Assembly: GCA_045645665.1 (NCBI GenBank)
Contig: JAZRJF010000089.1
Span: 12,254-76,253 of the forward strand
Origin: Lachnospiraceae bacterium
GTDB lineage: Bacteria > Bacillota > Clostridia > Lachnospirales > Lachnospiraceae
Length of the DNA: 64,000 bases
Reading direction: 5' to 3'
The translations under genes and the position numbers were made by a program. The stretch's first letter is position 1. The number at the start of each line of letters is the position of its first letter. The notes beneath the pieces were generated by a model that saw nothing but the letters and a program-made list of their open reading frames with translations, made no database searches and had not been told where the DNA came from. Of the stretch, positions 28,540 to 37,305 are shown piece after piece.

Positions 28540-28908
28540 CTACGCAGCGCCGGCAGCCATCAGAGGAAGTGCCACCATCCACATAATCACGTACCACACA
28601 ATGGCCAGCACAATCCAAAATGCCGGCATCTTATCTTTCTTCTTAGCCTCAAGCGCCTCGTCATACGGCTTCGCCAACTCTCCACGCTCTACCAGCTTCA
28701 TCATGAACATCATGAACATCGCAGCGAGCATGATAATCAATATGATCATGCTGACGCCCGCCAACATCCAGCATGTATTCGCAACGACTCGGCATACCTC
28801 CTGCATCCAAAAGTCGGTGTCAAACGCCACGCCTCCGGCCAAGCACAGGAAGAACACTACTACCGAAATCACTTCAATAATGCAAACCAATCTAACAAAT
28901 CGCTTCAT
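28540..28908 (-). CDS. Small hypothetical membrane protein (122 aa, about 4 TM segments)
   Basis: Start moved to ATG 28908 (MKRFVRLVCIIEV...) behind GGAGG, 12 nt after the mutY stop. The sequence is very hydrophobic. No family recognised. Confidence 0.55.
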   Translation of the reverse strand: MKRFVRLVCIIEVISVVVFFLCLAGGVAFDTDFWMQEVCRVVANTCWMLAGVSMIILIIMLAAMFMMFMMKLVERGELAKPYDEALEAKKKDKMPAFWIVLAIVWYVIMWMVALPLMAAGAA

Positions 28909-28920
28909 CACAGCCTCCAA

Positions 28921-30030
28921 TCAATCTGTGGTCTTATCCTCTGCAAGAATGCGCCTCCGGAATTCCGAAAAAGCTCCGGGAAGCGAGTATCTCTCCAAAA
29001 GCTCTTCCACCGTTGCCCATACGCAATCCTTTGCTGCCGCAGGGCGTTCACCTCGAAGGTGATATACCCGTGCCGTCATATTCCATTCCACGTGGCTGAA
29101 GATATGCTTTCCGGTCCACACCGCATCCGGCGACTCCGGACATGCCACATCCTCGCCAAGCAACTGCGCCAGCAGAGCATTTGCCTTGCCATCGTCCTCT
29201 ACGGCATCGACATCTACGCCCGGGAACTCCCACAGTCCCGCGAGCAGTCCCTTATTCGCCCGTTTGTGCAAAAGATAACTCCCGTGACATTCTATCACAA
29301 GTACTATGCGTTCTACAAGTCTTCGTTGCTTTTTTTGGGGTTTTACCGGAATCTCGTCCGTGCATCCTTCGGCAAATGCTCTGCAAAGGTGCTGCACCGG
29401 ACACTGTTCGCAGTGCGGTGCGCCGTTGGGAATGCAGATGGTTGCTCCGATATCCATAATCGCCTGATTGAATTCTCCGGGGCGATCCTTCGGCATGACA
29501 GCTCGCAGCTCGCGAATCATCTTTGCCTTAACACCCGCCTCGGCCACATTTTCACGGCTTCCGGTCAAACGGCTCATAACACGCAGCACGTTGCCGTCAA
29601 CCGCCGGCTCCGGCACTCCGTACGCAATCGAAGCAATCGCTCCCGCCGTGTAATCCCCGATGCCGGGAAGGGCGCGTAGCAAGTCCACCTCTCGCGGCAG
29701 CTGTCCGCCGTATTGCTCGCATACAAGCTGTGCCGCCCGCTGCATGTTTCGCACTCTGTTATAGTAACCGAGTCCTTCCCAAAGCTTCAGCAAGCGCTCC
29801 TCCGAAACCTCGGCAAGTGCCTGAATGTCCGGCAACTCACGCAAAAAGCGGTCAAAGTAACCTCTCACCGCTTCTACCCTCGTCTGCTGCAGCATAATCT
29901 CCGACACCCAGACAAAATACGGAGACGGCTCCTGCCGCCATGGTAGAATTCGTGCATTGAAATCATACCATGACAGCAAATACGGAACTGCCTCCTTATA
30001 CTTTTTCTCGTTTTCGCTCAAAAAAGTCAT
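28921..30030 (-). CDS. mutY: A/G-specific adenine DNA glycosylase MutY
   Basis: HhH-GPD core (WVSEIMLQQTRVEAV, LPGIGDYTAGAI), a 4Fe-4S cluster loop (C-x6-C-x2-C-x5-C in CIPNGAPHCEQCPVQHLC) and a C-terminal NUDIX-like domain. I prefer the ATG at 30030 (MTFLSENEKK) because of its AGGAG RBS. The track start is 30042. Confidence 0.9.
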   Translation of the reverse strand: MTFLSENEKKYKEAVPYLLSWYDFNARILPWRQEPSPYFVWVSEIMLQQTRVEAVRGYFDRFLRELPDIQALAEVSEERLLKLWEGLGYYNRVRNMQRAAQLVCEQYGGQLPREVDLLRALPGIGDYTAGAIASIAYGVPEPAVDGNVLRVMSRLTGSRENVAEAGVKAKMIRELRAVMPKDRPGEFNQAIMDIGATICIPNGAPHCEQCPVQHLCRAFAEGCTDEIPVKPQKKQRRLVERIVLVIECHGSYLLHKRANKGLLAGLWEFPGVDVDAVEDDGKANALLAQLLGEDVACPESPDAVWTGKHIFSHVEWNMTARVYHLRGERPAAAKDCVWATVEELLERYSLPGAFSEFRRRILAEDKTTD

Positions 30031-30031
30031 C

Positions 30032-32233
30032 CTACTCCTCATCCTCCGAAAGGGCCTGCATCTGAAGCTGTGCCGTTACAAGGCCGTAATAAATGCCCTG
30101 CTTCTCCATCAGCTCGTTGTGCGTTCCTACCTCAGCTATGTGATGGCCGTCGATGACTACAAGTCGATCGGCATCCTTCAGCGTAGAGAGACGATGTGCG
30201 ATTGCAAAGGTTGTGCAATTCGCCGTCAGACGCTCCAGTGCTTTCTGAATCAAATACTCGCTTTCGGTATCCAGCGCAGAGGTTGCCTCGTCGAGAATCA
30301 ACAGCTTCGGCTTGTTCAAAATCGCACGCGCAATAGCAAGACGCTGACGCTCTCCGCCGGAGAGATTATAGCCATGCTCACCTACGTATGTATTGTATCC
30401 GTCCGGAGTCTTTACGATGAAATCGTGCGCATTTGCCATCTTCGCCGCACGAATGACCTCTTCCTCGGTTGCATCCGGCTTTGCGAAGCGCAGATTGTTG
30501 AAGATCGTTCCCGCGAAGAGGAAGTTCTCCTGCAATACTACACCGATCTGCGAATGGTAGTTCTCAATCTGCAGATCGTTGATGTTCACGCCGTCGATCA
30601 AAATCTCGCCGTCGTCCACCTCGTACAGACGCATGATAAGGTTGATCATCGTAGACTTGCCGGTTCCGGAAGCACCGACGAGACCGATCATCTCGCCCGG
30701 CTTTACCTTCAAATCAATCTTCTCCAGTACCGGTTCATACGAACGGTAACCGAAGGAGACGTTACGAAACTCTACCGCACCCTCGATGTCCATACGGATT
30801 GCCTGCTCGGAATTGTGAATCTGCGGCTCCTCGTCGAGAATGTCGTAGATACGCTCCAAGCTCGTAACCAGCTGCGTAATCTGACGCGGCAGGAAAGTCA
30901 TCCAGCTAAGCGGTCCGTAAAGCACACCCGCATAACTGATAAACTGCGTAATCTCACCGATACTCATGTCACCGAAGATAACGCTGCGACCCGCAAAGAA
31001 CGTAACCGCATACACGCCCATACCCATAATGAAGTTTACCATCGGGAAGAGCGTTGCCCAGAAGATCTCGTTTCTTCTCTGAATCGTCGCGAATTCCTTC
31101 GTCAGCTTCTGAAAATGCTTCGCCTCCTGCTCCTCGGTACCGAAGGATTTTACCACTCGCATACCGGAGAGTACGTCCTGCAGATTGGCATTTGTCTTAT
31201 CGCTCTTGTGCCACTGCATATGAAAGCGTCGCCAAATGTTCTTACGAAACGCCATCGAAATACCGAGTGCAATCGGCATGAAGATTACCGAAAGAATCGT
31301 CAGCTTCCAATCCATCGTCAGCATGATTGCAACCGTCGCAATCATCGTTACGATACAGGAGAACATACCGGCAAAGGCGTCCTCCATGAAGCGGCGTATC
31401 TGACGCGTGTCACCGGTGATACGGTTCATCAGCGCACCGGGCTTTCTATCCTGGATAAAGGACAATGACAGCATCTGCACCTTGTGATACATCATCTGAC
31501 GCAAGTCCTTGCTGATGCGCGTACCCATCGAGGTACACAACCAATATCTCCGAATCATGATTGCAATATTCAAAAGAGTAATCGCAATCATCGTCAAAGC
31601 ATACAGACCGATTACCTTAAGACCGCCGATGCCCTTATCAAGATAATCATCGATAAAGATCTGCTGTACCTTCGGTGTCAAAAGGCTGAAGCCCGATGCC
31701 GCAAGCATACACAGAGCAATCAGTACAAGCTGTCCCTTATACTGTCCGCTCATTCGTATGAATTTCCACAGTACAGACGGCTTGTTGGAGCATTTGGGAC
31801 ACTCTCTCGTGCCGCGAAGAGCCCTTCCGCACACCGGGCAGGTCTTCTCATACTCTCGGCTCACCACCTGTCTTTGTATACCGTCTCTCAGTAGCGTTGC
31901 ACCCTTTGCGACAAATGCCACTCGGGACACATGCTTCATCGAGAATCTGGCAAGGATTCGTTCCTCGCCGTCCTCTTTCATAGTTGCTATCAGAATTCCG
32001 TTGTTGACCATCGGCTCGCATTTGAGCTCGGAAAATGCCTGCAACGAATACTCTTCCGCAACCGTTGTTCCGTCAAGGAGCAGCAAGCGCTCGGTCGTTA
32101 CGACGATGTAACTGTCGCGCTGATATCCACCGTCGGCGCTGATATCGTAAGGTGAGCAATAGCGAATCTCTTCGTGCTCCCTTAAGGCCAGCGCCTCCTG
32201 CTGCAGCCTCGTTAATGCAAAATTCAAATTCAT
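30032..32233 (-). CDS. ABC exporter (TMD-NBD half transporter) with an N-terminal cytoplasmic extension of about 165 aa ending in a zinc ribbon
   Basis: Start moved to ATG 32233 (MNLNFALTRLQQEAL...) behind AAAGAGG. The zinc ribbon is CPVCGRALRGTRECPKC, followed by six TM helices. The NBD has GASGTGKST, LSGGERQR and ILDEATSALD. Confidence 0.9.
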   Translation of the reverse strand: MNLNFALTRLQQEALALREHEEIRYCSPYDISADGGYQRDSYIVVTTERLLLLDGTTVAEEYSLQAFSELKCEPMVNNGILIATMKEDGEERILARFSMKHVSRVAFVAKGATLLRDGIQRQVVSREYEKTCPVCGRALRGTRECPKCSNKPSVLWKFIRMSGQYKGQLVLIALCMLAASGFSLLTPKVQQIFIDDYLDKGIGGLKVIGLYALTMIAITLLNIAIMIRRYWLCTSMGTRISKDLRQMMYHKVQMLSLSFIQDRKPGALMNRITGDTRQIRRFMEDAFAGMFSCIVTMIATVAIMLTMDWKLTILSVIFMPIALGISMAFRKNIWRRFHMQWHKSDKTNANLQDVLSGMRVVKSFGTEEQEAKHFQKLTKEFATIQRRNEIFWATLFPMVNFIMGMGVYAVTFFAGRSVIFGDMSIGEITQFISYAGVLYGPLSWMTFLPRQITQLVTSLERIYDILDEEPQIHNSEQAIRMDIEGAVEFRNVSFGYRSYEPVLEKIDLKVKPGEMIGLVGASGTGKSTMINLIMRLYEVDDGEILIDGVNINDLQIENYHSQIGVVLQENFLFAGTIFNNLRFAKPDATEEEVIRAAKMANAHDFIVKTPDGYNTYVGEHGYNLSGGERQRLAIARAILNKPKLLILDEATSALDTESEYLIQKALERLTANCTTFAIAHRLSTLKDADRLVVIDGHHIAEVGTHNELMEKQGIYYGLVTAQLQMQALSEDEE

Positions 32234-32292
32234 TGATAGCCTCTTTCTGCGCGGCCAACCGCGCAATCAAAACCGCCTTCCGCAGAACCCTC

Positions 32293-32862
32293 TTACAGGA
32301 ACAAATCCAGCTTCTTAAGTTCTCCTGCCGAAAGCTTCGTATAGTCCGGAATCTCAAATCGATTTCCGTCCAGGTCCGTAATCAACAGACGCACGTCCGT
32401 GAGATTGATTACCGAGCTGGAATTCATATAGATTACAAACTTGCAAGGACCCTGGTTCGTCTCTACGTCAAAGTAAGCATGACCGTATTCGTCCTTGATG
32501 TCGTGAATCTTAGTGATAATCGGTGTAAAATAACGCAGATTCATCTGCTCTACGAGCATCTCTCTTGTCTCTTCCGTCACGTCCTTGTTCAGGTCGAGAA
32601 TCATTCCGATCTCCTTAGACTTCTCATCCGGCATACGGATGGAAATATAGTGTTCCGGATCGGTGAACGGAAAGCTGCGCACAACGCGAACACGGCTATA
32701 GTGCTCACCGTCTACATCCAAGGATACAAAGCCGCCCTTCGTCTTTGCAAATGTGGCATTGTCCTTGTTGAGGTAGCGCAGTCTCAGCATCTCTTCCGTC
32801 TCAGCTTCCATCTGCTCCAGATTAAATTCCTCATCTGCTGTTTCAAAATTCTTAATACCCAT
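32293..32862 (-). CDS. DUF1854-like protein (assigned from memory of the family, unverified)
   Basis: 189 aa, soluble and acidic. The pattern is ...RVVRSFPFTDPEHYISIRMPDEKSKEIGMILDLNKD....MLVEQMNLRYFTPIITKIHDIKDEYGHAYFDVETNQGPCKFVI......VINLTDVRLLITDLDGNRFEIPDYTKL. It is sandwiched between the two ABC genes. Confidence 0.7.
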   Translation of the reverse strand: MGIKNFETADEEFNLEQMEAETEEMLRLRYLNKDNATFAKTKGGFVSLDVDGEHYSRVRVVRSFPFTDPEHYISIRMPDEKSKEIGMILDLNKDVTEETREMLVEQMNLRYFTPIITKIHDIKDEYGHAYFDVETNQGPCKFVIYMNSSSVINLTDVRLLITDLDGNRFEIPDYTKLSAGELKKLDLFL

Positions 32863-32876
32863 AACAGCCGTCCTTT

Positions 32877-35258
32877 CTACTCCAGACCCTTGAGCGCAAG
32901 CGCCTTTGTCTGAAGCTCTTTAAGCTTATAATATACGCCCTTCAAAGCGACCAATTCCTCGTGCGTTCCTTCCTCTACAACCTTTCCGTCGTCGATAACG
33001 ACCAGTCTGGTAGCGTCGCGAAGTGTCGACAGTCGATGTGCAATCGAGATGGTCGTTCTGCCCTTAATCAAAAGGTTAATCGAGCGCTGAATTGCCTGCT
33101 CCGTCTCCGTGTCAACCGCCGCCGTCGCCTCGTCGAGAATCAAAATCTTCGGATTCGCGAGAATCGCTCTTGCAATCGAAATTCTCTGACGTTCTCCACC
33201 GGAAAGCGTTCTTCCCGAAGAGCCGATCATCGTATCGTAGCCGTCCGGCATCTTGCAAATGAAGTCATGCGCACTTGCCAGCACTGCCGCACGAATGATC
33301 TCCTCGCGAGTCGCGTCCTTCTTCGCATACGCAATGTTCTCCGCTACCGTTCCCATGAACACATACGTTTCCTGAGATACCATCGCAACATTGCCTCGCA
33401 GCGTCTCAAAGGACAAATCCTTTAGGTTCACACCATCCAGATAAATATCTCCCTCACCGGGATCGTACAATCTCGAAATCAAATTGACAATCGTCGTCTT
33501 ACCGGCTCCGGAACGTCCGACGATACCGAGCATCTGCCCGCCCTCTACCTTGAGGTTGACATTCTTCAGCACCGGCTTATGCTTCTCGTAACCGAAGGTA
33601 ACGTTCTTCATCTCTACCGTTCCGTGAATCTCGGGAAGCTTAATGGCATCTTCCTTCTCCGTAATCTCCGGCACCGCGTCGATAATCTCAAACATACGCT
33701 GTGCACAGTTCATACAGTTCGTAAACCAGCGGAAGAAATGGGACATGAAGTCCATCGGTCCATTTAGCTGAGAAACGTAACCGGTAAAGGTAATCAGCAC
33801 ACCGAGCGAAATGGTCTTATACTTCAACACAAGCAGCGCGCCGACAATGTACACAAGCAGCAATGCAAAATTCTCTGCCGCCGTATACATACCCCAGAAG
33901 CGGTTATCATACGTCACAACGTCCATATCCGCTCTACGCACACGCTCGTTGCTCTTATCGAAACGCTCCACCTCACTGCTCTCCTGGCCAAATGCTTTTA
34001 CCACACGAGCTCCCGTCAGGTTGTCATGTACCTTGGAATTGAGGCTTCGGTTGGCACGATGCTGCTTACCGTAGCGATGCCACAGACGCGGCAGCATAAT
34101 CCAGCTAACCAAAAAGGTAATCGGCATAAACACCAGCGCCGCAACCGCGAGAATCGGATTCAACCGAAACATAATAACCGCAGTCGTAATAATCGTAAAC
34201 ACGTTAATGATGAAGTACGGCAAACCGTCGATAAAGAAGCCCATAACCTCATCCGCGTCGTACATAACTCGCGTCATCAACGAACCGGTCTGCTTGCTCG
34301 TAAAGAAGCCGATCGACAGCTTACCCATAGAGGTAAACACGTCCGTCTTCAGCTCTCGCACAAGCTCCGGAACAATCTTTGCCGCCATCACGCCCTGTAA
34401 GATACCGATTCCCTGAAGCGTCAGCTTCGTCAGTATCATCGTAAGCACGACAAGCAACAGCGCCGTCACATACGCACCCGCCGGCAAGTTCAAAAACTCT
34501 ACGAAGGAGTCGCTCTTCTTAAGCACTCTATCGTACAAAATCTTACCGTTCAAATACGGCCACACAAGATTCAAGCATGCCGTCGCCAGGTAGCAAAGAA
34601 ACATCACGAAAATCTTCCAGCCATGCGGCTTCAGATAACCGAGTGTACGGAAGAAAATCGATTTTTGGTCCATACACTTCGGGCAAATCTTTCGCTCCGC
34701 ATTCGGATACATCGTGCCGCAATTCGGGCAATACGCCTCTGCGGATTTGTCCTTCAGAAGCTCTTCATCGATTTCATTTCCCTCGGAAATCGCTCTCGCA
34801 ACCTTTTCTGCGCGGGTCATATTTCCCATGCATTTGTTCGAAAATGCCGCTACCGTCTCAGCCAAGCCGTCCGCCTTTTCATCCTCGGGATCCTTGTGGA
34901 TCAGCACGAGAAATCCGCCGGCAACCGTTCGCTCCACCTGTAGCTTCTTCATGTCCGTAATGGAATAGGTCTCTACGGTCCATTCTCTCTTTGTGCCTCC
35001 GGCCATTCGATGCAGGCTCTCAACACCCTTGAAAAAATGTACCTCTCCGGGAACCGCCTCCGACACTGCCGAATACAGGTGTTCCTTTGTCAGAAGCACG
35101 TAGCCCTGAGTGAACTCACAGTTCGCGTTCATGTCCGTCTTGGAAATCAGAAGAATATCGGAGATATTCACTCCCTGCCCTTCGAGCAGCTGCTCCAGCT
35201 CCACGGGAAGCTTCGCGAGCTGTGCCGTCTGGACAGAAGCACCTTTCTTTTTCTTCAT
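32877..35258 (-). CDS. ABC exporter (TMD-NBD half transporter) with an N-terminal cytoplasmic extension of about 200 aa ending in a zinc ribbon
   Basis: The track start at 35273 is TTG and contains the RBS (TTGGAGGAACTGATT-ATG), so the start is set at ATG 35258 (MKKKKGASVQ...). The zinc ribbon is CPNCGTMYPNAERKICPKC, followed by six TM helices. The NBD has GRSGAGKTT, LSGGERQR and ILDEATAAVD. Confidence 0.9.
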   Translation of the reverse strand: MKKKKGASVQTAQLAKLPVELEQLLEGQGVNISDILLISKTDMNANCEFTQGYVLLTKEHLYSAVSEAVPGEVHFFKGVESLHRMAGGTKREWTVETYSITDMKKLQVERTVAGGFLVLIHKDPEDEKADGLAETVAAFSNKCMGNMTRAEKVARAISEGNEIDEELLKDKSAEAYCPNCGTMYPNAERKICPKCMDQKSIFFRTLGYLKPHGWKIFVMFLCYLATACLNLVWPYLNGKILYDRVLKKSDSFVEFLNLPAGAYVTALLLVVLTMILTKLTLQGIGILQGVMAAKIVPELVRELKTDVFTSMGKLSIGFFTSKQTGSLMTRVMYDADEVMGFFIDGLPYFIINVFTIITTAVIMFRLNPILAVAALVFMPITFLVSWIMLPRLWHRYGKQHRANRSLNSKVHDNLTGARVVKAFGQESSEVERFDKSNERVRRADMDVVTYDNRFWGMYTAAENFALLLVYIVGALLVLKYKTISLGVLITFTGYVSQLNGPMDFMSHFFRWFTNCMNCAQRMFEIIDAVPEITEKEDAIKLPEIHGTVEMKNVTFGYEKHKPVLKNVNLKVEGGQMLGIVGRSGAGKTTIVNLISRLYDPGEGDIYLDGVNLKDLSFETLRGNVAMVSQETYVFMGTVAENIAYAKKDATREEIIRAAVLASAHDFICKMPDGYDTMIGSSGRTLSGGERQRISIARAILANPKILILDEATAAVDTETEQAIQRSINLLIKGRTTISIAHRLSTLRDATRLVVIDDGKVVEEGTHEELVALKGVYYKLKELQTKALALKGLE

Positions 35259-35655
35259 AATCAGTTCCTCCAAATCATCCGCACACTAACCTGCATATGC
35301 AGCATTAGGTGCAAAAAGCACAGAACCCCATCGGAATCCTGTGCATTATGTCATAAAACAATATGTAACTCGCAACGCCCTGCCGCGTAAGACCATTAAA
35401 AGCATCTGTGCGTATCGCAATGATAGCTTTGGTGCATCCGTATAAGCTTCTTGTAATAACTAATATCTGCTTTGGTGCATCTGCAATGTCTCTAGGGCAT
35501 TGTTCTCAGACTGTCTTGTTACATAATTCACAGTTCTATTCGTTCTTTATGTCCTTGTTCCTGAGCTTGCCGCTGCACGCACCGCGGTATCCGAATCCAA
35601 AGCACCTACATAAGTACACTTTGAGATCAACAAAACGAGAATCTCAAAGGATATC

Positions 35656-36918
35656 TTAAAGATACTTCTTCATCAGGTCCCCAAAATCAAACGTAGCAAA
35701 ATAGTCCTTCGTCGTCTCAGCACGTCTGATCATGCGAACACTGCCGTCCTCCGCAAGAAGCAACTCTGCGGACTTCAGCTTACCGTTGTAGTTGTATCCC
35801 ATAGCAAAGCCATGAGCACCGGTGTCATGAATCACCAAATAATCACCGGGAACAATCTCAGGGAGTTCACGATCAATCGCAAACTTATCGTTGTTCTCGC
35901 AAAGAGAACCTACCACGTCGTACACGTGGTCCTTCGGTGCGTCTTCCTTGCCCAATACCGTGATATGATGGTACGCGCCATACATGGCCGGTCTCATCAA
36001 GTTCACCGCGCAAGCATCCACGCCGATATATTCCTTATAGATGTGCTTCTCATGAATCGCCTTCGTAACAAGCGCTCCGTAAGGGCCCATCATATAGCGT
36101 CCGAGCTCAGTGAAGATAGCAACATCGCCCATACCCGCGGGTACGAGAATCTCTTCAAATGCCTTTCGGACACCTTCTCCGACTGCCATAATATCAACCT
36201 CTTTATCCTCCGGACGGTAAGGGATACCGATTCCGCCGGACAGATTGACAAATGCGACATGAGCGCCGGTAGCATCTCTCAATTCTACCGCAAGCTCAAA
36301 CAGCGTACGAGCCAAAGTCGGATAATAATCCTCTGCCGTTGTGTTGCTTACCAAGAAGGAATGAATACCGAAGTCCTTCACACCGAGCGCCATAAGCTGA
36401 CGATAGCCTTCTATCATCTGCTCCTTAGTGCAGCCGTACTTAGCGTCGCCGGGGTTATCCATGATACCATTCTTCAGCTCGTACACACCACCGGGATTGT
36501 ATCGCATACACACCGTCTGCGGAACACCACACTCTTCGTTCAAAAACGGAATGTGTGTCACATCATCCAAGTTGATAAATGCACCGAGCTCCTTTGCTCT
36601 GGTAAACTCGCCAAAGGGAGTTTCGTTCGAAGAAAACATAATCTCGCCGTCCGCAAATCCTACTGCGTCCGACATCTCCAGCTCCGCCATAGAAGAGCAG
36701 TCCACACCACAGCCCTCTTCCTTCAGAATCTGAAGCAAATACGGATTGGGAGTCGCCTTTACAGCAAAGAATTCCTTGTAACCTTTGTTCCACGCAAATG
36801 CCTCGTTCAGCTTCTTGGCATTCTCGCGAATCGCCTTCTCATCATAAATATGAAAGGGCGTGGGATAGGTCTTTACGATCTCTTCGACCATTTCCTTAGT
36901 TACAAACGGTTTCTTCAT
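35656..36918 (-). CDS. lysA: Diaminopimelate decarboxylase-type PLP enzyme (Orn/DAP/Arg decarboxylase fold-III family)
   Basis: Start moved to ATG 36918 (MKKPFVTKEMVEEIVKTYPTPFHIYDE...) behind GGAGGAA. It has the PLP-Lys context FFAVKATPNP, then NLSGGIGIPY and SLCENNDKF...HDTGAHGFAMGYNYN. A candidate promoter on the minus strand is TTGAAT-17-TACAAT (about 37003..36975). Confidence 0.8.
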   Translation of the reverse strand: MKKPFVTKEMVEEIVKTYPTPFHIYDEKAIRENAKKLNEAFAWNKGYKEFFAVKATPNPYLLQILKEEGCGVDCSSMAELEMSDAVGFADGEIMFSSNETPFGEFTRAKELGAFINLDDVTHIPFLNEECGVPQTVCMRYNPGGVYELKNGIMDNPGDAKYGCTKEQMIEGYRQLMALGVKDFGIHSFLVSNTTAEDYYPTLARTLFELAVELRDATGAHVAFVNLSGGIGIPYRPEDKEVDIMAVGEGVRKAFEEILVPAGMGDVAIFTELGRYMMGPYGALVTKAIHEKHIYKEYIGVDACAVNLMRPAMYGAYHHITVLGKEDAPKDHVYDVVGSLCENNDKFAIDRELPEIVPGDYLVIHDTGAHGFAMGYNYNGKLKSAELLLAEDGSVRMIRRAETTKDYFATFDFGDLMKKYL

Positions 36919-37102
36919 GTAAGTAGTTCCTCCTTTTTCACCGGTTTTCTTCGAAAAACATAACACATTGTATCACACCATGTATGTGAATTCAATATCG
37001 AAAATGCTCTTTTTTTATGCATTATTCCATCGTATTTTACGGTGTTCTTTGTCGCATTTTTACCCGCTCTCGCAAAGCCGTTACTCACTTGACGCGTAAG
37101 GC

Positions 37103-37240
37103 GCAAAGTGCTTGCCACACAAGCAGAAAAACGCTGCCACACAATGTACAAAGTGCTTGCAGCGCAAGTATAAAATGCATGCCATGCAAGCAACAAAATG
37201 CTTGCCACGCAAGTTTTTAATACTTGCGTTACAACGCTAA
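37103..37240. repeat. Five to six contiguous 23-bp direct repeats, each containing the dyad CTTGC-N3-GCAAG
   Basis: The units start at 37103, 37126, 37149, 37172, 37195 and 37218 (the last degenerate). Their consensus is about aaaRTGCTTGCCAYGCAAGnnn. Near-perfect dyads lie at 37156..37168 and 37201..37213. Confidence 0.75.
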
Positions 37241-37252
37241 ATATGGTATAAT
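37224..37252 (+). promoter_or_regulatory. Candidate sigma-70 promoter of the topoisomerase operon
   Basis: TTGCGT (37224..37229), a 17-nt spacer, then TGgTATAAT, an extended -10 (37244..37252). It lies 54 nt upstream of the start codon, and its -35 element falls inside the last repeat unit. Confidence 0.55.
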
Positions 37253-37305
37253 TTATATGTTGTACATACAAAATCATGTGCGAAATAATATGCGAGGAGA
37301 ACATC

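Noticed and set aside
27102-28908. Patatin plus two small membrane proteins as a CBASS-like or other anti-phage module
   Set aside because: The membrane-protein genes are on the opposite strand and belong to the exporter-mutY transcript. No cyclase, sensor or NTPase gene is adjacent to the patatin gene.
36919-37100. Lysine (L-box) riboswitch upstream of the lysA-type gene
   Set aside because: The predicted 5' UTR after the TTGAAT-17-TACAAT promoter is only about 50 nt and lacks L-box conserved elements.
37103-37240. Possible CRISPR array or oriC/DnaA-box cluster next to a gyrB-like gene
   Set aside because: The repeats are contiguous (23-bp period) with no spacers, so this is not a CRISPR array. 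There is no match to the DnaA box TTATCCACA beyond the fragment CCACA, no AT-rich unwinding element, and no dnaA/dnaN nearby.
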